Shown here one piece after another: positions 52,504 through 64,000 of a stretch of DNA of 64,000 nt. Position 1 is the first letter of the stretch, and the number at the start of each line of letters is the position of its first letter. The notes below the pieces were generated by a model. That model had not been told where the DNA came from and ran no database searches. It saw only the letters and a list, made by a program, of their open reading frames with translations. Position numbers and translations under genes: made by a program. The DNA is from Neodothiora populina (lineage: Eukaryota): the NCBI RefSeq assembly GCF_041146345.1, contig NW_027191404.1, positions 1,984,001 to 2,048,000 on the forward strand. The letters are read 5' to 3'.

Positions 52504-53682
52504 ATGACAGACATGGCGGACGTGACGACAGATGGTTCACAGCGAGTGGATATGGCGGCGATGGATCATGATGATCAATGTATCTCGCCGCCTACCCCTT
52601 CCATAGACAAAGGCAACAACGACGACAACAGCGAAGACACAAGCGACGCCGACAACAACGACAATAACAACAACAACATAACCATAACCCTCAAATTCCA
52701 CAACCATCCAATCGACCTAACATTCCCGTCCGACGCCACAATCTCCGACCTGTCCAGCACAGTAACACAAGACCTGGACATCCCCGCCACGCACCAAAAG
52801 TTCCTGATAGCGCCCAAACCAGGCCTCCTGCGGCCTCCCTTCGCAGACCCCTCCATACCTCTATCCACCCTCGCGCGCTCCGCCAACAACAAACCCACGA
52901 AATTCACGCTGCTGGGCACGACAGCGGCCGAAGTCTCGTCGATAGAGAGCACGATAGCCAGCGTGCGCGCACGGCAGGAAGCGCGCCGAGCGGCTCTTCG
53001 CGGCGCGAAGAAGATCAAACCCTACGCGGCGCGCGACAGCAAAAAGACGCAGGACGACGCGACGTATACCTTTGCGACGCTGCGCCCGTTGCCGCACCTG
53101 CCTCGCCCGGACAAATCGCTGCGGTTCCTCGAGCGGCTGCGCGACGACGCGGGCGTCAAGGCCGCGATGCGCAAACATCGGTTTTCGGTCGGGCTGTTGA
53201 CTGAGATGGACCCCGCCGCGCATACCACTCACGAGGGCAAGACGCTGGGTCTGAACCGCAATAGAGGCGAGGTCATTGAGTTGAGGCTGCGTACGGATGC
53301 GTACGATGGATACAGGGACTACAAGACCATACGGCGCACGCTGGCGCACGAGTTGGCGCATAATGTCGTTGGACCGCACAATGCCGAGTTTCACGCGCTG
53401 TGGAATCAGATCGAGAAGGAAATCGATAGGAATGATACGTCGAGGGGTGGGCATACGCTTGGCGCTGAGGAGTTTTATCATCCGGCGGATCATGGTAGTG
53501 ATGTTGATGATGATGCCGACGAGGGTGGTTGGGGGGCCGGCGCATATGTTCTAGGGGGAGGAGGAAGTGCTGGCGCTTCGACTACGAGTCTCGCTCCCCT
53601 GAACAGACGAGAAGCAATGGCGAGAGCTGCAGAGGCGAGAGCAAAGCAGCAAAAGGACACGGGCAGCAACAACAGTGCATGA
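52504..53682 (+). CDS. UBL-WLM (Wss1-like) zinc metalloprotease
   Basis: Ubiquitin-like N-terminal region, WLM core (VGLLTEM, LGLNRNRGEVIELRLR) with HELAH zincin motif, and a C-terminal R-x5-AA-x2-R (VIM-type) motif. The start ATG is uncertain because several are in frame. Confidence 0.88.
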   Translation: MTDMADVTTDGSQRVDMAAMDHDDQCISPPTPSIDKGNNDDNSEDTSDADNNDNNNNNITITLKFHNHPIDLTFPSDATISDLSSTVTQDLDIPATHQKFLIAPKPGLLRPPFADPSIPLSTLARSANNKPTKFTLLGTTAAEVSSIESTIASVRARQEARRAALRGAKKIKPYAARDSKKTQDDATYTFATLRPLPHLPRPDKSLRFLERLRDDAGVKAAMRKHRFSVGLLTEMDPAAHTTHEGKTLGLNRNRGEVIELRLRTDAYDGYRDYKTIRRTLAHELAHNVVGPHNAEFHALWNQIEKEIDRNDTSRGGHTLGAEEFYHPADHGSDVDDDADEGGWGAGAYVLGGGGSAGASTTSLAPLNRREAMARAAEARAKQQKDTGSNNSA

Positions 53683-54367
53683 CTTTCGACGTCATGTTTC
53701 AGGGGCTCCTGATCTACACAGCTCGTTGACATGCGAGGAATCATGATTTTCATCTTCATTTCTCGTAGCGTGGCGTTTGAGAGGCAATACTTTGCATACA
53801 TTCTTCGTCCTATGATTCTATCATAATTTAATCTATCCATTCACTTACCTTTATACAGAAGAATGCAACGACGTGTCCATGCATGCAATTACCCCCAACG
53901 GTATAGCCTACCATAAAGTCATGCTGCTGTAACATGCACCCGAGAACAGCACCAATACATTACCCACAGGGAATGCGGAATGCTGGATCAGGCCACGGCT
54001 TGTCTGTTTCCGTCAATCATGTGGCGAAGCACGCTGCGTTGTCCCGCGTCCGCCAAGATTGCGCACTAATATACGCCTTGCTTGAAGAACATGGGGGGCG
54101 CGGTTCGTTGTCTGCGATCATCAAACTGTCAGCAGTCGTATCCCTCTCTTGATCAACTCACCTGGTCAAATGCAGATGCGTGCTTTTGAGTAGGAAGGCT
54201 TGTTGAAAGACCATGTCGAGCTTTACCAGGAATGCGAGAGCTCGAATCGCCCGGGTGGAATCTAGTCGGCACAGGGCATGAGACGAAGCAAGCGATAGAG
54301 TGAAACTTGACGGCTGGCCTGGAGAGAACGGAGACAGTCACGGCGAGCTTGCGGTTTGTGTTTGCTA

Positions 54368-54407
54368 TGACGATGATGATGATGACGACGACGATGATGA
54401 TGATGAC
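54368..54407. repeat. (GAT/GAC)n trinucleotide repeat
   Basis: Seen directly downstream of the SR/Tra2-like gene. Confidence 0.88.
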
Positions 54408-54928
54408 CGCAAGAGAACACGTGCTGAAGGCGACAAGGGCCGAAGATTTCATAATAGTAATGTCGCACGTTGCTACAATGTTGAATTGCGGATCAGGAGC
54501 AATCTGCATTACCGCACCAGGGGGGAGGACTGATTGGCTGAATGTATTGTGGAAAGTCGCACTGCTGAACTAGGAAACTCCTCCGAAAGAACCGAAGCCG
54601 AAAATGCAGGCATGTCGAACGAGACGTCGCAGAGCGGCAGCTCCTCTCAGGCCTTCCTCCAAATTTGAAAGCGGATTGTGATGCCGGTTGGGGAGACGTG
54701 AGATTTAACTTTGCCGTTATAGCTGCTATCCATCGCGCCATAGTGGTACAGCGGTAATAAGATGACGAAAAGCTGAAGTGGTACATGAGGGGTGTGGAAT
54801 GAAAGTCGCAAATGCTCGAATGCCGTATGGAATAGCTCAAGCGAACTTTTGTAGACTAGGGCAACATGATGTAAAAGTCAAGCGCCGTGAGACGAATGTG
54901 GAGACTGCGGGGTTAGTAGAGTCGCTTC

Positions 54929-56122
54929 TCAACGACGCTCATACCTGTCGTCGCCGTAGCCGCGACGAGAACCTGCACCCTCGGCGGGCGCGTCACCCGA
55001 GGCATAAGCAGGAGCAGCATCAGCTGCACCACGGGAAGGACGATCGAAGCTGGCGTAGTCGCCACCACGTCTGCTGTCGTCACCACGGCTGGAGTAGCGG
55101 TCATCACGGGAAGAGTAGTAGTCGCGGTCTCTGCGGCCGTAGTCACGGTCTCTGTCAGACCTGTCGTAGCCGCCACGTTCGTAGTCGCGGCCGCCATAGC
55201 CACCTCCACGACGTTCGTAGTCGCGTCCGCCATAGCCACGGTCGTCGCGGCGTCTGTAGTCGTCTCTTCTGCCACCGCTGAAACCACCACCGAATTCACG
55301 TCTGCCTCCGCGGCGGTCGTCTGGTGGGCTGTCAGATAATCCAAGAGTCTTCGCAATCAATTGTTCTGAACATACCTCTCTTCGGGGGACCAAAGTACTT
55401 TCCGGGTGTGGGGGTTCTGGGTCTGGCACGACGAGCCTTCTCGATGCTCAGAGTGCGGCCCTCGTAGACCTCACCTTGGAGACCGCTCTTTGCAGCATCG
55501 GCCTGCTCAGAAGTGACCATCTTGACGAAACCGAAACCACGGGACTCGCGAGTGTGAGGGTCGCGCATGATGCTGCAAGTCTCGACGTCACCGTACTTCT
55601 CAAAGAGACGGCGGACCTCATCTTCAGTCAGACGGGGGTGGATGCCAGTGACGAAAAGGTTTGAGCCAGGGTTAGCAGCCTCTTCTTCCTCTTCGTCGGT
55701 GGTGCCACGAGGCTTGCTGGGAGGGCCACTGGAGAGACGTCAGTGATTGTGACTGCAAATTGAATACACGAGGAAGATGCGCCACGTAGGAAAAGAAGGA
55801 CGAAAGAAATGATGCTGAGCCAGAAAATTGCATGGCAAAGGGCACCTCCCCGACAGAGGTCCACAGAAAGGTCGTGTTCAAACGTACCGGTCTTCACGAG
55901 CAGCGGGAGATGCGCTGCGAATTCTGCTGTCTCCGTCACGATCGGGACGGGGAGAACGAGAGCGCTCACGTGGGTAAGAAGGCTCATCTACAACGACAAA
56001 CTCGGTCAGCACAAACAACGCGAAGACGAGTAGAGAGACCAGGCGCAGAGAGCATAAATAGACAAGGCACGATGCAGAATAGACTCACCATCGTAGCCAC
56101 GCTGGTCGTTCTCGTATTCCAT
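54929..56122 (-). CDS. Single-RRM SR/Transformer-2-like RNA-binding protein; exons 56122-56089, 55987-55888, 55728-55376, 55320-54929
   Basis: RSRSP N-terminal motif; RRM with RNP2 NPGSNLFVTGI and RNP1 RGFGFV; Tra2-typical RPRTPTPGKYFG; RD/RG-rich tail. Three canonical introns. Confidence 0.9.
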
Positions 56123-57301
56123 GGTGGACATGATTTGTGTTGTTGTGATGGAGTGTTGGGTGGTTTTGAGCAAAGGATGGATCGTGTGATGTCGACACTA
56201 AACAGAGCTAGTCGAGACGGCAGCAGATCGCGAAGGTCAAGCGCGACAGCTTATGTGAGGTTTTTGTACCTGGTACGTCAACGACAACGACAACAACAAC
56301 AACAAGCAAGACGCGACAAGCTTGATGATTGAATTGGACAGAAATCAAGGATTTAGATGGAAGAAGCAAAGAGAGAGTGCGAGTGTTGATGGAAAGGGGT
56401 GAATGAGTGATGGAGGATGGAGGATGGAGGGTGAAGGGCGAAGGGTGAAGGGTGAAGCGTCAATCCAAGTGCTTGTTCTTTCTCGCGCAAAGCTGCCTGC
56501 TCCTGTCTGTCTGCCTTGCCTCTCTCTGCACAAAATAAGGGTTCTTGGGAGCCAGTGCCAGACAAAGAAAAGCCCCCGTTTGCAGGTAATGGATTGGGTG
56601 GATCCCTGTGCTGTGAGCCAATTGAAACTCTAGCCTCCACATGATCCGTGCACGAACTTGAGGTGCAAGTTGCAGCTACCTTACCTATCATCATCATACA
56701 TCAAAAGTCACATATTCTAGGGAAAAGTTCGGCGGGGAAAGACATCGTATCAAGAACTTGATTACATCAATTCTTGTGTGTAAAGTGCATATGTGTGATT
56801 GTAAAATAAGATTACCAAGAAGAGAAGAGAAATGAAGTAGCAATGTCCTAACCTCTTCCTTGGGCCATTGTCCAAAAGGATGAGAAAAGGCAAAGAGAAA
56901 GGAAAAACGCAAGACAAGTAAAAGAAGTATATCTCATGAGTCCGCTGTTCCGTCGTTAATAGTCATGTTTCGTCGTCGTCGTGGTTTTGGTGGCGCGAAG
57001 ACCGTGATCTTCCAAACGCCTCCGCTTTGCTGCCGGGTCGTAGGCTTGCCAATCTCCTCTACCTCCACCAGTAAAGCGGTGGAGAGAGGAAGAGGGCGAA
57101 AGAAAAAGAAAAACCTCATTAGAACCCAAGTCTTCCTTTAGTATACCCGACTTCCTCCCCTGTCGAAGAATTCGATACCCCAAGAAAGGAAACCTCATGA
57201 ATCATTCTCGTTCACACATGTGTATGCTCGTTAGATCGTTTGAGCAACAGTCGTTAATTACAAAATTTGGCGTAATGGTAGAAGATTGGTGCGACGAGTC
57301 T

Positions 57302-59894
57302 TTAGGTCATCTGACCGGCAATCTCTCGGATCGACCACCTCCAGGCGCCGTCATCGTGACGGGGTATACCCTCGGCAGGGAACCAGGCATCACACTTGCG
57401 GCGCCATGCGACTTCTTCATCGCGCTGGCGCCTGATGAATTCAGGACCCAGATCGAATTCTTCGCCCACGAGCCACTCGTCGCTCGCGAGGCCGCCTGCA
57501 TTGGGTCGATCGCCGGCTGTGCTCGACGCACCAGTCGGTCCGTCTTTCAAGTCTTCCAGGCCAGCGAAAGGATCCTCTTCGTCCTCAGTCACACTCGGAC
57601 TGTTCTTTCCACCCTCGCCGGGACGGAGTTTGAGCCAGCACATGCGACGAGGATCAAAGACCATGCCGCCGACGACCTTGATGTTCTGGTTGGAATAGTC
57701 AGATGCGAGCGGGGTGATCAAAGCCGGTCTCGGAGGGGAAATGGTCTGAGCAGGTTGCGTCGAGGGCTGATGAGAGAGATACGAAGTAGCCTGTGCATGC
57801 GAGGACGATGTGGGCGTATGCAGAGGTGGTGGGAAGTCGAAAGGAGCAAGACTGTTCTCGTTGCCTTCCCAACGAAGTGTAGATGGATTAAAGACCATGC
57901 CTTTCTCGGCTGTGCACGTGTGTCAGTACAAGCAACTCTCACATATGTGCATGGTGTATGAACTTACTCATAGGCTTGCCGGTCTGAGCGGCATTGGGAG
58001 GGATGAAATTGGGGGTGATACGCTTGGCCTTATTGCGTTGTGCGGTAGGACTAACGTGGGGACTACGAGCAGCTATCTGAGCCTTCCAGTTGGTCGTGAG
58101 TGGCAGAATCGGCCCATTCTCACTGCGTGGTCTCGTGCTCGGCGCATTCCTCAGTCTAGTCTCTCTAGCAATGCGACTTGCAGCTGTGTCTCGTAGGTAA
58201 CGAGGGGTGTTCGACTGATCGCGAAAGTGCCTAGTGGGACTTCTTGGAGTCGCTGGCGCCGGAGTCTGCATGCGTTCAGGGAAAGGAATCTTGCTCGACG
58301 CTGCATTGGTGTCAAGCTTGTTGGGGATATTGCGCAACGACTTGGGCGCCGCGCGAGCAGATGGCTGCTTCAGAAACTTTGACTCCTTTACTGTTGAGGT
58401 GGGAAGATCGTCGAAAAGATCCAGCTCCGTTCCGTCGCCGAAGTTGCGTCTCCTGGTGGGCTTGGTAACGGTGCGTTTGGCAGCAGCCTCTCGTGCCAGA
58501 GAAGAGGGAGCGAGGTCCGCTCGGCGAGCATTACGCGACGGGGTGTCAGGAACATAGCCAGAAGAAAGACGGGAGTATGAGCGAAGGGGCGGAGATTGTG
58601 AGCGATGCGGATCAGAGTTCTGCCTCAGATGATACGCAGTAGTGTACGAGGGCGGCTTGGAGGAAACGTGCTGCGACTGAGAGGTGGAGACGCCTGCAGG
58701 GATGAAGGGCACATGAGGCTTCGACGGCGGTGGGTGTGGACCGCGGAGGACAGGCATGGAGCGTTTGGCGCGGAGGAAGTTCGAAGTGGATGCTGAAGGC
58801 TGCTGTCGCTGGCGTGTCACATGCGTGGCCCCCGATTCAAAGACAGGCTCCAATCGCGAGGGGTTCTTCGATGCGGCGGTGGTGGCGCCAGCAAGCCTCG
58901 GGATGCGAGTGGTGGCGGACGGCTTGTCCGAGAAGGTCAAAGTGGTCATGGGAAGGCGGGCAGGCGCAGGAATGCTGGTCTTGGTGTTCTTCTGCTTGAT
59001 GTTGCGGTTCAGCGTGAGTTTTGTCGGGTCGAAGATCTCGCCGCCACCGATATCAATGTCGTTCAGGAAATCGTCATTGTCGTCGGACAGCACAGCAGGT
59101 TTGAAATTGTTCTTGGCAGTTGGCTGTGCGAGCTTGAATACTGGACCGAATGAGGGTGGAGGCGGGGGCTGAGGATTCGATGTCGGTGGTGGTGCAGCAG
59201 CAGGTGCTGGTGCTGAGGCCTCGACAGTCTGTCTCTTTTTCAACAAGGCAGCAAGGTCAACAGGACCTTCGGGTATTTCCAGACCACGGAAGTCGTCGTC
59301 CTCGCTCTCGACTGTTGCGCTACCCAGCGAAGGACTCATGGTCAAGGCGGACGCAGATGAGCTGCGGTTCCTAGTCTCCCTTCGAGTGCCGGCAAGGCGA
59401 ATGCCCAGACTGCCATCGGTGAAGTCGTCGAAGTCTTCTCCAAAGTCATCGTCTGCGAAGGATGAGAGGGTGGCGGCAGCGGCGGAAGAGGAAGACGGGC
59501 GCTCTAGCTTGGCTGTCTTGAGTACCAATGGCCCGGGCTGGGTGATTTGCAGATCATCCGCCCAATCGTCCTCGACATTGATCTTGCTGACTTTAGCACG
59601 AGCCTGACCATTGTTCTTCCCAAGCCTCTTTATTGTGCCACCGAGGAGTGCGGAAGAAGGGACGTTCTGTGGAATGGGGATACCAGCCTGCTTGGCGGAT
59701 TGTATGGCGCTGATTGTCGACGCGTCGTCGTTGGGCGCCAACATGATGTTCCAGTCCTCGTCGGCTGCGTTTGATTCCGAGTGCATAGACAAGCGGGAGG
59801 AGAAGTTTGTATGGATGGTAGAGACGGAGTGGGTGAAGAATTCACCCTGGAAGTCCAGGTCCTCATCCCAGTTTTCCTTCTCCGACTCAGCCAT
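57302..59894 (-). CDS. BYR4: Byr4/Bfa1-like septation-initiation (SIN/MEN) GAP scaffold; exons 59894-57968, 57909-57302
   Basis: Acidic ENWDED N-terminus, FGDGTELDLFDDLP, and two imperfect repeats GMVFNPSTLRWEGNE and GMVFDPRRMCW, then EEFDLGPEF. Intron 57910-57967. Confidence 0.88.
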
Positions 59895-60917
59895 GATGGC
59901 TGGCGCGACCGGGGCAATGATGTGTCAATGATTGGCGAAGGATGAAGATGCGATGCGGTAGATGCGAATAAGTCGTGCGACAGAGCAGAAGGGGAGCTAT
60001 GTAGACAAGCCAGAGCTGGAAGCTATCGCAAAGTCTGGTACTAATTGGGGAAGCGACGTTGGCAGCGATTTGAAAGAGGAAGGAGGGTGGGAGAGACAGG
60101 GTGTCCAAAGCCTGTGCGAGTGCGTCGTTAAAGGAGGGGTGTCAGGCAAGGTAGTCTCTGGCAAGTGCCTCGTCTCGTTCCGTTCCTTTCGTCCAAGGCG
60201 CGCTGGTATGCGGGTGAAGGCGAGAGGTAGGGATGGTGATCGCCTTGATTTTGTTGATGGCAGAAGAAACGAATGGTGGTGCCTGGCGGCTTGCTGCATG
60301 AGTAATGAGTAATGGATGCCTCGACACGAAGGGCGGGAAGAAACGGTCGGTCTTCGCAGTCAGTCAAGCGGAAGGCTGGAAAGTCATTACTGACTGTACC
60401 TGATTTTGGGCAGTTGCGCGTTAAACCCTGCTTAAAGTGCGCTTCCTGGAGCTTCCAAAACAGATTCACGCACCCGTGAACCACGTAATTGCCTTAGCTT
60501 AATGGAATCCGCATTCACGCAACGGCCTGAAGAAAGCTTGGCGCGACTAATCCTGCCCTTGGGCCATTTCTCTCCACGATGTTTCAAAGCCTTGCCCGCT
60601 GACTGCCTCGAGCCTGGCCTGCCGGTTGCCTACAACCCTGATCCACAGCGGTGATTGCCAGGTACCTGCACCGTGTCAATATATAGATAAATGCAGAGAA
60701 TCCACAGTCAAACACACCAGCCCGTTGACCGGTATATGCGCGAAAATAAACACAGCATCTGCGGCTTGTTGTGTGTTCTACGTCCGGTGTTATCCTAATG
60801 ATCTAGGCTTGTGCACATGGACGACCGTCACTAGCTGATATAGTAGTGGTATTATCTTCCATCATCGCCGTCTCAGCTCTTGAAGCTGCTATCGTTAAAA
60901 CCGGGTCCGATCTTCGC

Positions 60918-62018
60918 ATGTCTCGTTTGTTGAAAGTCCGTCGGACAGACCAGCCTCAAGATTTCATTCTCGTGCACTGCCAACCCCAGGGACCTGGGCC
61001 CCTTGACTTGAGACTTGTTGGAACCGACGGTCAGCAGCCCTTCGTTGCTACCATCACCCAAGCATCACTCCAGGACATCCGATCTTCAGGCTACAATGGC
61101 ACTGACGAAGAGTGGCGGTCTATACTGGAAGCGCTTCTAGCGCACCGGCAGCCCAATCCTGACCTGATACAAGCGCTGGATCCAGTCGCTTCTGTCAACG
61201 ATGAAACCATCAGTATCACCATCCGTAAGAACATAAGCGGCATCACTCAACGTCTTGGCACTATTGCTCTGTCTCTTGACGAAGACGAGCCTATCGAGCT
61301 CTTTGACTGGGCCGGGCTGGCTGCAGAGCATGCCAAAGATGCATACTCGCAAGTGGCGTCACTTCAGCACTCGCTCACTAGCCAGAAGACTACTATAGAA
61401 GACCTCACCAATCAGCTTGACCGCCTGGTCAAAGCCAAGGAGAACCACGAGCAAGACCTGCTGAAGAGATTCTCAGTGCTTCTCAACTCGAAGAAGTCAA
61501 AGATCCGAGAGCAACAACGGCTCTTGGCTCGTGCCAATGTTGGCTCACCTATTGCTGTTCACTCAAGTCGCAGGCCTGGCAGCTCCCAAGCAGGGAAGCG
61601 AAAAGCGCGTCGTTCTCCTGCTGCTTCTGATACTAGTCAGGACGGCTCAGATGAGGAACATGTAGGCTTGACTGGACAGAACGGCCAGCCGTCCACGCCT
61701 GACAAGTCTGACCCGGACGACGCTAGCGGTACTGATACGGATGGAGAAGGATTTGAGCCCTTACCACCACCGTCTCAGGCATCACGATCGCAGCGTGGTG
61801 GCACATCATATACAGAGAAGCCGAGTTCAGAGCTCACAACCATCGAACAGCCGCCACCACGACGAGAATTGCCATTTGCCAAAAACTACAAGCGAATTTC
61901 TGGTTCTCAACCACAATCGAAATCGTCTTCAAATCCCGCTCCTGCCGTATCTGATGCCAACTCCCGCATCGTGGAGGATGGTGATGCAACAGAAGACGAG
62001 ACAGATGATGAGTTGTGA
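60918..62018 (+). CDS. XRCC4: XRCC4/Lif1-like non-homologous end-joining protein
   Basis: Head domain ending ITQRLGTIAL, then a coiled coil with LLKRFSVLLNSKKSKIRE resembling the XRCC4 ligase-IV-binding helix, and an acidic disordered tail. Confidence 0.8.
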   Translation: MSRLLKVRRTDQPQDFILVHCQPQGPGPLDLRLVGTDGQQPFVATITQASLQDIRSSGYNGTDEEWRSILEALLAHRQPNPDLIQALDPVASVNDETISITIRKNISGITQRLGTIALSLDEDEPIELFDWAGLAAEHAKDAYSQVASLQHSLTSQKTTIEDLTNQLDRLVKAKENHEQDLLKRFSVLLNSKKSKIREQQRLLARANVGSPIAVHSSRRPGSSQAGKRKARRSPAASDTSQDGSDEEHVGLTGQNGQPSTPDKSDPDDASGTDTDGEGFEPLPPPSQASRSQRGGTSYTEKPSSELTTIEQPPPRRELPFAKNYKRISGSQPQSKSSSNPAPAVSDANSRIVEDGDATEDETDDEL

Positions 62019-62133
62019 GCATACACTTGATGTTCTTCTCAAAGAGGAAAATGGGAACTTGCAGTGTCTGTCGTGGTAATATCATGACGGTATACTGCGA
62101 AGAACAGACTGTCTAGCTTTACGGGGAGACTGA

Positions 62134-63169
62134 TCAACCAGCTTCTTCATCGCCTCCATACCTTTCCCGGAATGGTAGCTTCTTTCCATTCGTCCCGTTC
62201 TCTCCGCCCTCGAGCGTGTGGAATGCAACCGTCCTTGGTGTGTATGGATCCGTGGGCTTTGAGCTCATGGGCGCTAGGTGCACCGCGGGTTCCTGCTTAC
62301 CCCAAGGCCTGCCACCTGACAGGTGTTCTGGCTCATACACCGGCATGTCTGATGACGACAACTTAGCCAGCCTTTCCGCTCTTGTTGGAATGCTTGAGAA
62401 TATTGCAAGACCGAGATACGCTGCGTAAAGGATGCTATAAGCTTGATGAGCAATCGACCAACGATGTGATGCAACGCCACATGTACATACACTAGCACCA
62501 ACGTCACAGCAAAAGATGCTTTCGCTTGCACACAGTATCCATAGTTGCTCTTGGTATGTACCACGGAACAGCTCTTGGTGATATACCACGGGCCGCCCTT
62601 CTGCGGGTGTTTAGGGTCACTCGTGTCTGGACCAGTTTGTCCGTACGAGCTGACAATGTATAGTACCACCTCGGCCACGTGCGTGACAACTGACAAAAGT
62701 GGCACTAGAGATCATCAGAAACACTTCTATAATCTATCATGAGGGAACGGGTAAAGTACTCACGAAAAGTGCCCATGACGAACATGATGGCCTTTGTAAC
62801 CAGAATGAAAAATGACAAGACGGAGATGACAACATTGAAATCAGTTATGCTGTTGGCAAGGTCAGTCAGTTCGCCAATCTCATGACAAGGACAGTAGATC
62901 TCTACATACAATTGATCCCATACCATCGGTAGCTTGAGTTTGTCGCGTGTATGATTAGCATAAGCATAGAGTACTTCGTTCGGGCTGCTGTTGAAGCCGT
63001 TGTCTGCACCGTCCTGCCACAGACGTTTGCGGTATGTATCAGGTTGCGCAATGGCGAAGAGCGTGAGAGCGGCAACTACGAAAGGAGTTTCTAATACGAA
63101 GAGCGCGATCATACTCTTCCTCGTTCTCCATCGCCGCATGATCATCAATTTTGACCCGAGCTTGGGCAT
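62134..63169 (-). CDS. Fungal hypothetical four-TM membrane protein; exons 63169-62910, 62849-62764, 62704-62491, 62434-62134
   Basis: Three canonical introns join three ORF fragments in frame. Motifs LWQDGADNGFNSSP, GQTGPDTSDP and PWYITKSC; four hydrophobic segments. Confidence 0.82.
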
Positions 63170-63781
63170 TATTCTCAGATGTGAAGAAAGTCTTGTATAG
63201 AAGTGCCGTTGTTGCTCACACGGATGAGCTCGAAAGGTCTCTCCCTCGACCGCACGAAATAGTGTAGTACAGAACAAGTCACACGGGAGGCCTTGCGGCC
63301 ACGAGGTGCCTCCATAGACGGAGTTATAAGCTCTTTGCTATCATTGCTACAGACGCAGGGACCGTGGTGCTCGTGGGTGATATGTTGATGTAGTCCACGA
63401 ACCCGACCAATCAGGGTCTCAGCTGAAGCGCCGCCACCATCTCACTTCCTACCATCGATGCATAGTCGGACCACTCAGATACATAGCGAACCGCTCGTGT
63501 AAGCATCCACTCTTCGCCGTGCAGATCAATTGCAATTGACCAACAGGAAGCTATCCAGTACCAACTTGTCTTCTTAGTCGGATAGCAAACGTGTGTGGGA
63601 CCCAGCAATCGCGTAATTCGATAAAACCACAATCTATACCAGCGCTTGCACAACCTACTACGAATCAACGTCTGCAAAATCTAGTGTTTTCCCCCTCCCA
63701 GGTGATCTGACATTCGGAGTTTTTGTCCACTCCGCAAGAAAAGAACGGAGAAAACAGTGTGATCAAGCGAGCATTCCAAGA

Positions 63782-64000
63782 ATGCCACAGTTGGGTGGGC
63801 GGAGTCTCTCCATGCTGTACGGCACTGCATGGAAGAAAGACAGGTCGGCTCATCTGGTGTTCCAGGCGCTACAGGCGGGGTTTCGAGGCGTAGACACTGC
63901 TGCACAGCCTCGGCATTATCAAGGTGCGTTCTTTTCGAGTTCTCGTCAGCCTGCCTTTTCTGCTATGACATTGCATGTAAAGGAGAGAAATATAGCAGAT
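63782..64000 (+). CDS. Aldo-keto reductase, 5' part only (exon 1 63782-63923, then intron; truncated by the window end)
   Basis: MPQLGGRSLSMLYGTAWKKDRSAHLVFQALQAGFRGVDTAAQPRHYQ matches the AKR N-terminal G-T...GFRGxDTA..Y pattern, with a GTGCGT donor at 63924. Not in the ORF track. Confidence 0.85.
   Translation, partial: MPQLGGRSLSMLYGTAWKKDRSAHLVFQALQAGFRGVDTAAQPRHYQGAFFSSSRQPAFSAMTLHVKERNIAD

Noticed and set aside
53679..53712. Stop-codon read-through generating cryptic PTS1 isoforms
   Set aside because: None of the stop codons I inspected has the TGA-CTA context; the closest (TGA-CTT, WLM gene) extends to a peptide with no PTS1.
54153..54573. ORFs with poly-Ile/Val, poly-Asp or poly-Met runs
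   Set aside because: These are translations of the (GAT/GAC)n microsatellite in different frames.

Overview
Gene-dense, intron-containing genomic DNA from a filamentous ascomycete (Pezizomycotina; inferred from GT-AG introns of mostly 50-110 nt with CTRAY branch points and from the gene set). I can reconstruct 23 complete protein-coding genes plus one cut by the window end. Most are conserved housekeeping genes: AGC1, CSN1, a choline-transporter-like gene, CLPTM1, SCD6, ABP2, PMP47, GPC1, SMC1, eIF3a, G-gamma, THO1, an acyl-CoA synthetase, DUF3431, RVB2, a MARVEL protein, a UBL-WLM protease, a Tra2-like SR protein, BYR4, XRCC4 and an aldo-keto reductase. There is also one orphan coiled-coil gene and two hypothetical genes. 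I found no transposon, tRNA, rRNA, CRISPR array or secondary-metabolite cluster, and no convincing novel multi-gene system. The most interesting signals are at the RNA-processing level: a canonical intron about 770 nt downstream of the stop of the SR/Tra2-like gene (possible NMD autoregulation), a GC-AG first intron in eIF3a, a stop-free in-frame intron in GPC1, a PTS1 visible only after splicing, orphan intron signals in intergenic DNA, a clustered TACTGTA motif and two hairpin-rich intergenic segments. Protein identities come from motif recognition by eye, not from database searches.
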